A stretch of 37,301 bases of DNA from a virus (taxonomy: Duplodnaviria; Caudoviricetes), in the IMG/VR virus record IMGVR_UViG_3300043449_001054, positions 1-37,301 of that record. One strand, written 5' to 3'. Positions 27,762 through 36,042 of this stretch are shown here, piece by piece (position 1 is the stretch's first letter; the number at the start of each line of letters is the position of its first letter). A program made the translations under genes and the position numbers. The notes under the pieces are model-generated. The model did not search any database, was not told the DNA's origin, and saw only the letters and a program-made list of their open reading frames with translations.

Positions 27762-29686
27762 TTGTTGAAATTCCAGGTGAAGGGCAGGTTGAATTCCCAG
27801 ATGATATGAGTGATGCGGATGTTACCGCAGCCATCAAGAAGATAACAGCGCAGCCACTTATCAAGAACCCAGCGATCCAACAAAATATCAGGATGGCAAC
27901 GAACATGGTGTCGTCGGTGCCGGAGTTTTTAGTTGATTTGCCATTCCAAGCAGGTAATTGGGTAGGCAACAAAATCAATAGCGCAATCGGCAACTCACCC
28001 TATACAGGGACTGGCACACCTGTCGGTGATGCCAAACGAGAGTTTCTAAAATCAATCGGCGTTGATGCTAATACGACAGGCAAAACCGAGGATGTGGTTC
28101 AAGCGGGCTTGAATGCGGCCATGGGTGGCGGTACAGCGATGAAAGGTGTCCTGAATGGCGCATTGCCAGCAAGTTCAGCTTGGGCAGCAAAACCGGTCGC
28201 TCAAGCTGCTGGCGCTATGACGGGCGTGATGGCTCAGGATTACGCAAAAGAATCAGGTCTACCAGAGTGGGCGCAAATCGGCGCAAATGTCGCCGGCAAT
28301 GTTGCAGGCTCCAACGTTGCAGGCATGGCCGGAGGGGTTGGCAAAGGCGTTTTATTTGGCGGGAAGGCATTATTGTCTGACGCCGAAAAACAAGCGATTG
28401 CCGCCAGGGCATTTTACAACCAGGCGAATAATCCAGATTTGGCAATTGAGCGATTACAAAACCCAAATCTACGCACAGAGTTTTTAAAAGGCAGTAAGCC
28501 GATTACGGCTGAAATCACTCAGGATGCTGGCATATCAGGACTCAACAAAGGGTTTGGGGGCAATCAAATCGCCACCAGTCTAGGGCTGGATCAGATCAAT
28601 AACAACCGTTATGCCGACATCGCTAATGCGGCCAATGCAGCAATGAATGCTGCCAACCGTCGTGTTCAAAAAGGCGGCACAGACATCCTAAATCATTTGG
28701 AAAACATCAAAGGCAAAGCGTATGACAAATTTGCTGACGGCAAAGATTTGCTAACTACGCCAGTTGATGTGTCGCCCGTTTTAAGTGAAATCGACACGCT
28801 AAAAGCGAATTATGCGGGAAGGACTGGCGTCGAGAAATTCTTGAACAAAACAGAACGAAACTTGATGCCGGATGGCAACCCAGTGCAGCCATTCAGAAGA
28901 ATTTGGAATGCACGGCAGGATATTGATGAAAAGATTTACGGCATAAAGTCAGATTACACCAAAGCTCCAACGCTGAAGAATACTTATGACTCAGCGGGTA
29001 AGCAAATACGAACATCGATAAACGATGAATTGAAAGCGGTAGACCCTGACTTTGAGCCTTTTTTGCGGCGTTACTCAAAGGCGCAGCAATACGGTGATGC
29101 GATCCGTACCGGTAGATCATTACAGAATCAAATTGAAATGACACCAGTGACCGCCGCGCAGAATGCGGATGATGTGGTAGGTGTAAATCGGTTAAGCCCT
29201 GCCCAGGCCAGAAAAATCAATGATCGATTGACAGACCTAGCCGGTAATGACAGCGCACTGGCTGGCATGTTGACGCCCAGGCAGACCAAAACATTCAAGA
29301 ACGTACAGAATGAACTTGAGCGGTCATTAGGTCTTGAGATACCACGAACAGGCGACTCAATTACTGCCAACATTCTGACCAGAGGAGGGCTGTTATCCAA
29401 TGACATCCTCGATAGCATTATCGGCGCACAAAAAGGCGATAAGCCTGGTTTACTGAGGGAAATTGGCCAAGGGGTTGGTATTTTGGGCAACAAGATTGGG
29501 CTGGCTAACCCGCTAGAACGTGAGGTGCTGCGTCACGTAGGTAATGCCGCAATCAATCCTGATTACGCTTTACAGTTGCTCGAATTGGGCCGGAAAACGG
29601 CAAGAGGGCCGCTAGATGTTAAAAAAGCCTTACGTGATCAAAGCGGAGCAGGTTTGATTGGTTCTTTATATGGCAGCTTGAAATGA
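27758..29686 (+). CDS. Large ejection/DNA-transfer protein
   Basis: N-terminal VEIPGEG.VEFPDDMSD..V..AI, G/A-rich segment, helical body. Last gene of the ejection module. Confidence 0.7.
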   Translation: MIVEIPGEGQVEFPDDMSDADVTAAIKKITAQPLIKNPAIQQNIRMATNMVSSVPEFLVDLPFQAGNWVGNKINSAIGNSPYTGTGTPVGDAKREFLKSIGVDANTTGKTEDVVQAGLNAAMGGGTAMKGVLNGALPASSAWAAKPVAQAAGAMTGVMAQDYAKESGLPEWAQIGANVAGNVAGSNVAGMAGGVGKGVLFGGKALLSDAEKQAIAARAFYNQANNPDLAIERLQNPNLRTEFLKGSKPITAEITQDAGISGLNKGFGGNQIATSLGLDQINNNRYADIANAANAAMNAANRRVQKGGTDILNHLENIKGKAYDKFADGKDLLTTPVDVSPVLSEIDTLKANYAGRTGVEKFLNKTERNLMPDGNPVQPFRRIWNARQDIDEKIYGIKSDYTKAPTLKNTYDSAGKQIRTSINDELKAVDPDFEPFLRRYSKAQQYGDAIRTGRSLQNQIEMTPVTAAQNADDVVGVNRLSPAQARKINDRLTDLAGNDSALAGMLTPRQTKTFKNVQNELERSLGLEIPRTGDSITANILTRGGLLSNDILDSIIGAQKGDKPGLLREIGQGVGILGNKIGLANPLEREVLRHVGNAAINPDYALQLLELGRKTARGPLDVKKALRDQSGAGLIGSLYGSLK

Positions 29687-30099
29687 TTAACAGCCGAAAA
29701 TTAGACGATTTACATCCACTGGTTGCCGATTTATGCAGCCAGTTTATTCAAAAGTGTGATGAAGCCGGTATCGATGTCATCATCACTTCAACCTATCGGG
29801 ATCATGCCTCACAACAGGCACTTTATGACCAAGGCCGAACAACGCCAGGTAAAAAAGTCACGAATGCCAAGCCTGGACAATCGTTTCATAACTGGCGCGT
29901 TGCTTTTGACTTTGTGCCGGTCGTTAATGGCAAGGCACAATGGAGCGATACCGACACATTCACCCGATGCGGCGAGATAGCCGAGTCACTCGGTTTGGAG
30001 TGGGCAGGCCGATGGAAAAGCTTCAAAGAGCTGGCGCATTGCCAATACACCGGCGGTCTAAAGCTGGCCGATTTCAATGCCGGTTTGAACCTTTCGTGA
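29683..30099 (+). CDS. Endolysin, M15 (L-Ala-D-Glu peptidase, CwlK-like)
   Basis: TSTYRD...Q..LY.QGRT.PG..VTNAKPGQSFHNWRVAFD...LEWAG.W....E.AH.Q. Confidence 0.92.
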   Translation: MINSRKLDDLHPLVADLCSQFIQKCDEAGIDVIITSTYRDHASQQALYDQGRTTPGKKVTNAKPGQSFHNWRVAFDFVPVVNGKAQWSDTDTFTRCGEIAESLGLEWAGRWKSFKELAHCQYTGGLKLADFNAGLNLS

Positions 30100-30103
30100 C
30101 CGG

Positions 30104-30290
30104 TAATGTACGTTTTTAATGTACGTTTAGCTGAAAACCATTAAATATCAGCCAAGAAAAAGGGCCTTTCGGCCCACTTCAGGCCAGCAATGCCAAGGTT
30201 TACGCGGCTTTGCGTACATTAAGTTGCGTAAATCTTTTTAAATCCGGTTAGTAATGTCTGTTTTTATGTACGTTTTTTTTGCGGACATTA
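30104..30290. mobile_element. Putative attP with six integrase arm-type repeats (TAATGTMCG-like)
   Basis: Direct copies at 30104, 30117, 30252 and 30264; inverted copies at 30212-30221 and 30281-30290. Immediately downstream of int. Confidence 0.7.
30154..30175 (-). terminator. Terminator for the int transcript
   Basis: Minus strand GGGCC-GAAA-GGCCC-TTTTTCTT. Confidence 0.65.
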
Positions 30291-30300
30291 TACGGCGGTA

Positions 30301-31425
30301 TCAACCAAACCGCTCGACCGCTTTAAGCCCGTACTGATCCTCACCGTCTGGCATAAACCTCGCGTAATGTTTGAGCGTGGTCGTCACCTGGCTATGTCCC
30401 ATTTGTTTTGCCAGCCAGTTTATATTTTCGCCAGCCGACAGCATGAATGACGCAAAAGTGTGTCGGGTTTGATACGGGTTGCGGTAACGAATGCCTGCGC
30501 GTTGCAATGCACGTTTCCAGTCTCGCCATATTTGTTCGGCTCCGTCATAGGGCTTGCCGTCTCGCATGAATATCTCTTTGCCCAGGATAAACGTTTCAGC
30601 TTTTTGCTGCTTTAGTGCATCCAGGGCAGGGGGTAACAGCTTGATGTCCCTCGTGCCGGATGTCGTTTTGGTCGTTTCGGCTTTGCTGGCGTCTTGTGTC
30701 TTGGCCTTATTGATTCTTGCAACACCTCGGATGAAATCAATATCGCCCCACTCTAACGCGACCAGTTCACTGGTGCGTAAGCCTGTCCAGATTGCAAACT
30801 GGCAGAAATGTTTGAATGATCCGCTTAGGCTATTTAGTAGCGTCTCGACTTCCTCTTTTGTCAGCGGGTCAACGTGATCCTCTTTTGGTGGCTCGATCTT
30901 TTTGAACGTGAAATTCGTGAGCGGGTTGGTGTCGATAATTTCGTCATCTACCGCACATTCAATAGCTTGTCTAAGCGCAGACACCAGCTTGCGTATTTGG
31001 CGATTACCGCATGTCAGTTTCTCGCAGTATTCGCGCACATGCCTGCGCTTGATGTCGGCGATCTTCATCTTGCCAAATGCGCCATCCAGTTTCTTGGTGG
31101 TCGTCGTCAGCGTGGCGTAGGTACTGGCTTTTGATGTCTGCTCGGTGCGATCCAGCAGCACTTTCAGCCAATGGCCGACTGTTTCATTGTCGGATAATGG
31201 CGATTTTACTTTGAAGCGTTTGCTGTTCGGGAATGAGGCTTGATAATCAAATGCGCCTATTGCAATTGAATCAATAATCTCATCCCGAAACAGGGCTAAT
31301 CTTCTAAGATTGGAAGGCGTGGGCTTGCACTTAACACGCTCCCTGCATCGCTCTCCTTCATACTGGAATTCGATTTCGATGCTAGATTCTGACGCCGCTT
31401 TGACGCCGCTTCCGTTTCGTGCCAT
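30301..31425 (-). CDS. int: Tyrosine integrase with N-terminal arm-binding (DUF3596-like) domain
   Basis: SIEIEFQYEGERCRER...FP.S; TGLRTSEL, TKT, YQTRHTFAS, MGHS...HY. Confidence 0.95.
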   Translation of the reverse strand: MARNGSGVKAASESSIEIEFQYEGERCRERVKCKPTPSNLRRLALFRDEIIDSIAIGAFDYQASFPNSKRFKVKSPLSDNETVGHWLKVLLDRTEQTSKASTYATLTTTTKKLDGAFGKMKIADIKRRHVREYCEKLTCGNRQIRKLVSALRQAIECAVDDEIIDTNPLTNFTFKKIEPPKEDHVDPLTKEEVETLLNSLSGSFKHFCQFAIWTGLRTSELVALEWGDIDFIRGVARINKAKTQDASKAETTKTTSGTRDIKLLPPALDALKQQKAETFILGKEIFMRDGKPYDGAEQIWRDWKRALQRAGIRYRNPYQTRHTFASFMLSAGENINWLAKQMGHSQVTTTLKHYARFMPDGEDQYGLKAVERFG

Positions 31426-31583
31426 TTATCCCACCAGCCAAGATTGATCAGGTATATTCGATCAGATAGCTTACGCCAAGCAATGTTTTCCTTCCAGCTA
31501 TCATTACGACAATGCCTGAGCGCATAGTCCCGATGGATGCCGGTAAGGTCTGAAAACTTATCTACGGTTACCCAGTTTGTCAT
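31296..31583 (-). CDS. xis: Excisionase
   Basis: WVTVDKFSDLTG.......W.E...W.K..D...LIN...WDKW. Overlaps the int start. Confidence 0.75.
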   Translation of the reverse strand: MTNWVTVDKFSDLTGIHRDYALRHCRNDSWKENIAWRKLSDRIYLINLGWWDKWHETEAASKRRQNLASKSNSSMKESDAGSVLSASPRLPILED

Positions 31584-31747
31584 CTGCTCACCTCGTTCTG
31601 ACGCTTAAACATAATCGCTTCTTCAAGTGTGTGAAAATAATGCCGTCTTATTCGCGTACCCGCGTAACGTTGGACAGTTGAGTTTACGAAATATCTGTCT
31701 TTGTCTTTATAAACACCCTGAACCCCACTAGACGGACGAGTCTTCAT
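31580..31747 (-). CDS. Stand-alone AP2-like DNA-binding mini-protein (55 aa)
   Basis: MKTRPSSGVQGVYKDKDRYFVNSTVQRYAGTRIRRHYFHTLEEAIMFKRQNEVSR*. GGAG RBS, ATGA-coupled to xis. Confidence 0.6.
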   Translation of the reverse strand: MKTRPSSGVQGVYKDKDRYFVNSTVQRYAGTRIRRHYFHTLEEAIMFKRQNEVSR

Positions 31748-31907
31748 GATTGCTCCGTCTCTCTTTATTGCGTCGTTTTAACTCTCGATTTATAAAGGTC
31801 GATTCGCGTTGACTGGTGTCGGCTTGGCGACGGTGCATCGAGCTTAAATAGTGCAATTGCTCATCGGTAAATATCTTGTACTTGTCTAACAATTGACTAG
31901 GTGTCAT
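31728..31907 (-). CDS. Small hypothetical protein (59 aa)
   Basis: MTPSQLLDKYKIFTDEQLHYL...; GGAGG RBS, coupled. Confidence 0.55.
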   Translation of the reverse strand: MTPSQLLDKYKIFTDEQLHYLSSMHRRQADTSQRESTFINRELKRRNKERRSNHEDSSV

Positions 31908-32053
31908 TCTGCCTCCATGACTTTTTGAGAGAGCATTGCGATAGTGTTTGACAGTTGATCAGAGAGATAATCCGGCAATTTGTAGCTGATGACGCCCACT
32001 GCTTCAAGGGCGGCCAGTAGCTTTAGTAACTCAATCATTTCTGATTTGGTCAT
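31904..32053 (-). CDS. Small hypothetical protein (49 aa)
   Basis: MTKSEMIELLKLLAALEAVG...LPDYL...; ATGA overlaps at both ends. Confidence 0.6.
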   Translation of the reverse strand: MTKSEMIELLKLLAALEAVGVISYKLPDYLSDQLSNTIAMLSQKVMEAE

Positions 32054-32304
32054 TTGCCGACCTGCTTGTTTAATTGAGTGTCATGCTTTACAGCCAGCAT
32101 CATGTCAGCATATTCATACGCCGTCGTGCATACGTCATGCGCTGCTGCTTCGAACGTATCGTATTTAACGTCGCCATTACTGGCAAGAATCCCTTGAAGG
32201 GCTGCGGCTGCAAAGTAATCCCTTAGGCCCATGCCTGCATGTCGCAGCGATAACCCTGCTTCTGTGCTATCGAGTATTGGGAATGCGGGTTCAAATTCTT
32301 TCAT
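32050..32304 (-). CDS. Conserved phage early protein (GMxLRDYFAA family)
   Basis: PAFP...GMGLRDYFAAAALQG...AYEYADMML; GGAG RBS before ATG 32304. Confidence 0.8.
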   Translation of the reverse strand: MKEFEPAFPILDSTEAGLSLRHAGMGLRDYFAAAALQGILASNGDVKYDTFEAAAHDVCTTAYEYADMMLAVKHDTQLNKQVGK

Positions 32305-32560
32305 CACTCCCCCTTGATTTGGATTTATCACTTACGTTTATCTCCAATATTTTGGAGTTACTACCTATCCCAAGCACTGGAATCATTCGTACATTAGCTA
32401 AACAGTGCTTAAACGAGTCTTCAATGGTACGTGTCAAATTGATCGTTCTATCTGCCGCTACACGTTCTAACTTTCTGATCCTTTCTTCTAGCGCGGCGTT
32501 TTTGCGTTTTTGTTTTTCGAGTCTGCGTAGCAGTCTTTTGTACTCAAGTTCCCAATTCAT
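32291..32560 (-). CDS. Hypothetical coiled-coil protein
   Basis: ORF track; GAGG RBS, ATGA coupling. Confidence 0.65.
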   Translation of the reverse strand: MNWELEYKRLLRRLEKQKRKNAALEERIRKLERVAADRTINLTRTIEDSFKHCLANVRMIPVLGIGSNSKILEINVSDKSKSRGSDERI

Positions 32561-32892
32561 TCCTCACCTCTCAAAAACTGTTTAATCTCGTCATCCGTGA
32601 GTGGGGTTGCAATGTGCCATTCGTCGGAGATAGATTCATAAAGTCCATCACGTACCCCTTTGATGATGTCGATAACTGGTTCAAATCGATCATGGTTTCT
32701 AACCCAGCACAACACCCCGTGTGGCGGGATGTTTTCGTACCAGGGCTTTGGTTGGTGTTTGATGCGGTACTCGCGTGTAATTGCGTAAGGTGGTATATCC
32801 TGGGCAAGGTCAGTCCATTCCCCATTGTGCTTCACTTCAATAGCAGTGCCTTCAGCCCAAGCATGCAACAAATCAGCATGTTTATGTCTCAT
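32557..32892 (-). CDS. Conserved phage early hypothetical protein
   Basis: HKHADLL.AWAEG..IE......W.D.......EYRIK motif. Confidence 0.75.
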   Translation of the reverse strand: MRHKHADLLHAWAEGTAIEVKHNGEWTDLAQDIPPYAITREYRIKHQPKPWYENIPPHGVLCWVRNHDRFEPVIDIIKGVRDGLYESISDEWHIATPLTDDEIKQFLRGEE

Positions 32893-33083
32893 TCATCAGC
32901 CTCGTCAATATAAAAGCCATCACCAAAAATCAGCGGAATAGGGTCGTAGTTTTCGCCCTCGATTTCTTCGATTTGCTTTTGAAGGTCAATTAAGCGCTTA
33001 TAGAGCGCGGAGACTTCTTCGTATTTTTGTTGGCCTTCTGTAAGAAGCGCATTGTGTAATCGTTTTAAATCGTTCAGTTTCAT
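32889..33083 (-). CDS. Hypothetical protein
   Basis: ORF track; coupled on both sides. Confidence 0.65.
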   Translation of the reverse strand: MKLNDLKRLHNALLTEGQQKYEEVSALYKRLIDLQKQIEEIEGENYDPIPLIFGDGFYIDEADE

Positions 33084-33229
33084 CTTTTATCCTTTGATTT
33101 CTTGAGAATCTTGTCTCGTTTATCCTGGCAGGTAGTGCAACGTTTCTTTGTCCTGCTCATCGTTGTTTCGGTCGCCTTGCAATCCAGGCAGGTGTATTTG
33201 CGCTTTGATAACGAATCATTCCACGACAC
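33080..33229 (-). CDS. 49-aa CxxC..CxxC zinc-finger mini-protein
   Basis: GTG start with GGAGGT RBS: MSWNDSLSKRKYTCLDCKATETTMSRTKKRCTTCQDKRDKILKKSKDKR*. Missed by the ORF track. Confidence 0.6.
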   Translation of the reverse strand: MSWNDSLSKRKYTCLDCKATETTMSRTKKRCTTCQDKRDKILKKSKDKR

Positions 33230-33791
33230 CAAACACCTCCGGTGCTATTGACTGAAGTTGACGCTCAATTTCAACAGCCACATCGTAGACTTCGCTTTGC
33301 GCTGCTGGAATCTTGCGTAATCGGATAAAGTCGCGCCATGCCTGTAAATTGCCTGTTGCGTAAAGCGCTGTTTCCTGAGCTTGCGGCAACACAAACCGCG
33401 CATCCTGTTTGGTAATTCCAGCCTCTCGCATTTTCTGGTAAAGCAGTCGGCTCTTTTCGATGTGTTTTCCATATTCGTAGGAAAACAGACTGTGATCAAT
33501 CGCATCCGGTACATGAAAATCAGCTTCTGACTCGTCGCAATACCTTGATGACCTGACCAGGTAGTCAAGGTGCTTTGATCGGGTTAACTGAGCTAGGCAC
33601 ACGCGGCTGATGCCATCAATGTGAAAGGTGGCATAAGCAAACCGCAGCGTCGAAAGATGGCCCGATTTAACGCAGTGCGCGGCTCGTTTAGCGTTGCTTT
33701 CGCTGTCTGTCTTAGCGTCGTAGCAGATGGACGCAAAGCGACCAATCTTTTGCACGGGGTTAATCGTGTGATCGACCAGACTAATCTTCAT
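33216..33791 (-). CDS. thyX: Flavin-dependent thymidylate synthase (deviant motif)
   Basis: GHLS, FHIDGISRV..AQL.R.......SSRY, QDARFVLP, GNL.AW..FI.LR....AQ.E. Confidence 0.88.
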   Translation of the reverse strand: MKISLVDHTINPVQKIGRFASICYDAKTDSESNAKRAAHCVKSGHLSTLRFAYATFHIDGISRVCLAQLTRSKHLDYLVRSSRYCDESEADFHVPDAIDHSLFSYEYGKHIEKSRLLYQKMREAGITKQDARFVLPQAQETALYATGNLQAWRDFIRLRKIPAAQSEVYDVAVEIERQLQSIAPEVFGVVE

Positions 33792-34105
33792 GCGGTCACC
33801 CACTGGCTGCAAATAAAGCTTTTAAACTCAGGTCTAAGTTTGAAGTCACTAGCCGGTACAGGCCAATTTGCTTCGTTTTCTTCCAGCTCCTCTTTTCTAG
33901 ACTGACGAAACATCGCAAAGAATGTTTTCAGTTCTTCGGGATCGTACAGTTCAAACCGTCTTGAGTGTATTGAGTAGTAAGCCACTGGCTTAGGTGCGTC
34001 TATTTGATCCAGCAAAGACTTAAACATTCTTTTATCAATTGATATCAATCTAAAGGCTTCTGTTCTATTGATCAGGTGATTAGGTTTTTTTTCAAAATGA
34101 ATCAT
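33788..34105 (-). CDS. Putative winged-helix (Xis/AlpA-like) DNA-binding protein
   Basis: LINRTEAFRLI.I....F...APKPV......LYDPEEL..F. Confidence 0.55.
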   Translation of the reverse strand: MIHFEKKPNHLINRTEAFRLISIDKRMFKSLLDQIDAPKPVAYYSIHSRRFELYDPEELKTFFAMFRQSRKEELEENEANWPVPASDFKLRPEFKSFICSQWVTA

Positions 34106-34587
34106 TTAATCCTCACGCTCATGCCTGACTCAATCACAGCACCGGGGCAACCCCCAGCAGCTTTGATACCTGCCTTATCGACTGTTATTTCTGTCTTTGT
34201 GCGCCAAAATTCTTCTGGGATCATGTTTTCGTCAATGATCTTTACGGCTGGTGGTGTATTAGCCAGCTTGACGCTGATTTCTGCGTTTTCTACCTTTAAA
34301 TGATCAATTCTGAGCATGTTGTTTTTTAAATAGTCACGCAGCCAAGCCGCTTTTTGTTCTAACGCTTTCGCTCTTTCTGCTTGTTTCTTGGCCACGGCTT
34401 TGATGCCTTCAGCGTCGTGATCCAGCATGACAATCATCTTAGCCACGCTAATGATTTTGTCGTCGATTTGACCATCCAGACCTTCAAGCGTATCTAGTGT
34501 GGTTTGGGTATCGATGTCGTTTTCTGGATCGGTTAGAAAATCCATTGCAGCAATGTAATTTGCTGATAATTGATAGAGTGCTGTCAT
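34102..34587 (-). CDS. Siphovirus Gp157 family protein
   Basis: LYQL...DTLEGL....DDK...LRDYL..NM...PPAV.I.DE..IP.EF...VDK..IK...PGA. Confidence 0.88.
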   Translation of the reverse strand: MTALYQLSANYIAAMDFLTDPENDIDTQTTLDTLEGLDGQIDDKIISVAKMIVMLDHDAEGIKAVAKKQAERAKALEQKAAWLRDYLKNNMLRIDHLKVENAEISVKLANTPPAVKIIDENMIPEEFWRTKTEITVDKAGIKAAGGCPGAVIESGMSVRIK

Positions 34588-35108
34588 TACGCTGCTTCCT
34601 GTAGTTTGTTTTTCATAGCGTCTTTAACGCTGGTAAGCGATGATTTGTATTCTTTTGGGATGGATTGCCACGCCGTTGAAAGCTGCTGCAAGTCTGCCAC
34701 GCTGGTTAATAGCGCTTCAAAGTCGGCTTGTTTCATAGCCGGTTGCTGATCGATGGCATCATGCTCGACAATTTCAAACGCCAGCATCCAAAGATAACGA
34801 CGCATGTAGGTGTGCAGCGACCCAAGGCATTGAATGGCATTAGCGCCCTTTACGGTTGCGTCTGCGGTGGGCGAGTAAAAGACAATCTTTTGCTCACTTT
34901 CGGTGTCAAATATGATTAATTCAGCTTGTACGTCTGAAAAGGACATCGCACCACATAAGCCCACATCAAGCATGATGCGGTTAATGTGCGGCATGAAATC
35001 GCCCAGTTCAAAATATTTGTATTTGCTGTACGTGTTGACACCGCTTTTAGTCATTTCGACCTTTTGCAGCTCAACCCGTGCTTTTTGTAATTTTAAGTAA
35101 ACGCTCAT
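34587..35108 (-). CDS. erf: ERF-family single-strand annealing protein
   Basis: VYLKLQKAR..L.....KSG.N....YKYFELGDF, IQ.LGS..TY.RRYLW..AFEIVE.D.ID. Confidence 0.85.
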   Translation of the reverse strand: MSVYLKLQKARVELQKVEMTKSGVNTYSKYKYFELGDFMPHINRIMLDVGLCGAMSFSDVQAELIIFDTESEQKIVFYSPTADATVKGANAIQCLGSLHTYMRRYLWMLAFEIVEHDAIDQQPAMKQADFEALLTSVADLQQLSTAWQSIPKEYKSSLTSVKDAMKNKLQEAA

Positions 35109-35350
35109 AGCCATTGTTCCCTAGCATATTGATTTGAGTAGGCATCGATATAAGCCTGATGTGTGCTAACCGGCTTGATGCCGTGCTTGCAATGAAAGCG
35201 ACCTAAAGAAGCCATGCGACGTCGAGCCATTTTCATGACAATTGTTTCTTGCTCGGCTTGATTGCGCTCAATCCACATATCCATTGCAGCCTCTAATCCT
35301 AATTGATGGGCGTATTCGTCAATTTGTCTTGATACGTGACAGTAGTTCAT
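35105..35350 (-). CDS. Hypothetical protein
   Basis: ATGA-coupled start MNYCHVSRQIDEY within ORF 35105-35395. Confidence 0.6.
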   Translation of the reverse strand: MNYCHVSRQIDEYAHQLGLEAAMDMWIERNQAEQETIVMKMARRRMASLGRFHCKHGIKPVSTHQAYIDAYSNQYAREQWL

Positions 35351-35502
35351 TGCTGTTTCACCGTGATTTTTTTGACTGGATGAATAAAGCCCCAAGATTT
35401 CGCGTCTTTAATTGCAATTTCTTTGGCTTTGATTGCGTCGTCAATTGGCAGCGTCACGCTAAATGACGGGCCTTTTCTGTAATTGATTTCAACGTAGATC
35501 AT
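35347..35502 (-). CDS. Small hypothetical protein (51 aa)
   Basis: MIYVEINYRKGPSFSVTLPIDDAIKAKEIAIKDAKSWGFIHPVKKITVKQQ*. GGAGG RBS, ATGA overlaps. Confidence 0.6.
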   Translation of the reverse strand: MIYVEINYRKGPSFSVTLPIDDAIKAKEIAIKDAKSWGFIHPVKKITVKQQ

Positions 35503-35882
35503 TTCGCCTCCGCCACGTAAAAAACGTGGTTTTCGATGACTCGCGTCACGTTTCCTGGCTTGTGAGGTTTTGTTCCTGTGTTCCAGCTATCAGCACCTTT
35601 TGCAATGCTGTTGCTTGCCGATGCCATGATTGAAGCCGCAAGGGCTTTGTAATACTGCATCATGCCGATTGGTGGCTTGCGTTTTGTGACGCCGTTTATT
35701 TGGCAAATAGATACGTTTTGCTTGGCTGCTCTATTCAAAGTCGCCTGACCAATAGCCACTAGACCTTCTAACGACTCGCCTCTGGCTTCTGAGTGCATGA
35801 CTTTTACAAGGCAGTCAACTTCTGACCTTGACGCAGCGTGAGCGGTTGCCATGCAGGCTAGTAAAATCACCAGCGCTCTCAT
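35499..35882 (-). CDS. SleB/Hydrolase_2-like cell wall hydrolase with signal peptide
   Basis: MRALVILLACMATAHA signal; CL...MHSEARGES.EG..A.....LNR...GA......I.NH.FY. Confidence 0.8.
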   Translation of the reverse strand: MRALVILLACMATAHAASRSEVDCLVKVMHSEARGESLEGLVAIGQATLNRAAKQNVSICQINGVTKRKPPIGMMQYYKALAASIMASASNSIAKGADSWNTGTKPHKPGNVTRVIENHVFYVAEAK

Positions 35883-36016
35883 TTGTTTGCACCAAACACA
35901 AACATGGATGCGCTTTTGTAAGCACCGATCCAGGTCGAAGCCATGAAGGTGATGATTTCGCCTTTGTGGTGGATATTTGCGTAATACATGCCGCCTGCCA
36001 TTTTCTTAATGCTCAT
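35879..36016 (-). CDS. Small hypothetical protein (45 aa)
   Basis: MSIKKMAGGMYYANIHHKGEIITF...; GGAG RBS. The longer ORF-track version runs through the repeats. Confidence 0.6.
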   Translation of the reverse strand: MSIKKMAGGMYYANIHHKGEIITFMASTWIGAYKSASMFVFGANK

Positions 36017-36042
36017 GATTGCTCTCCAGATAATTAAAAACC

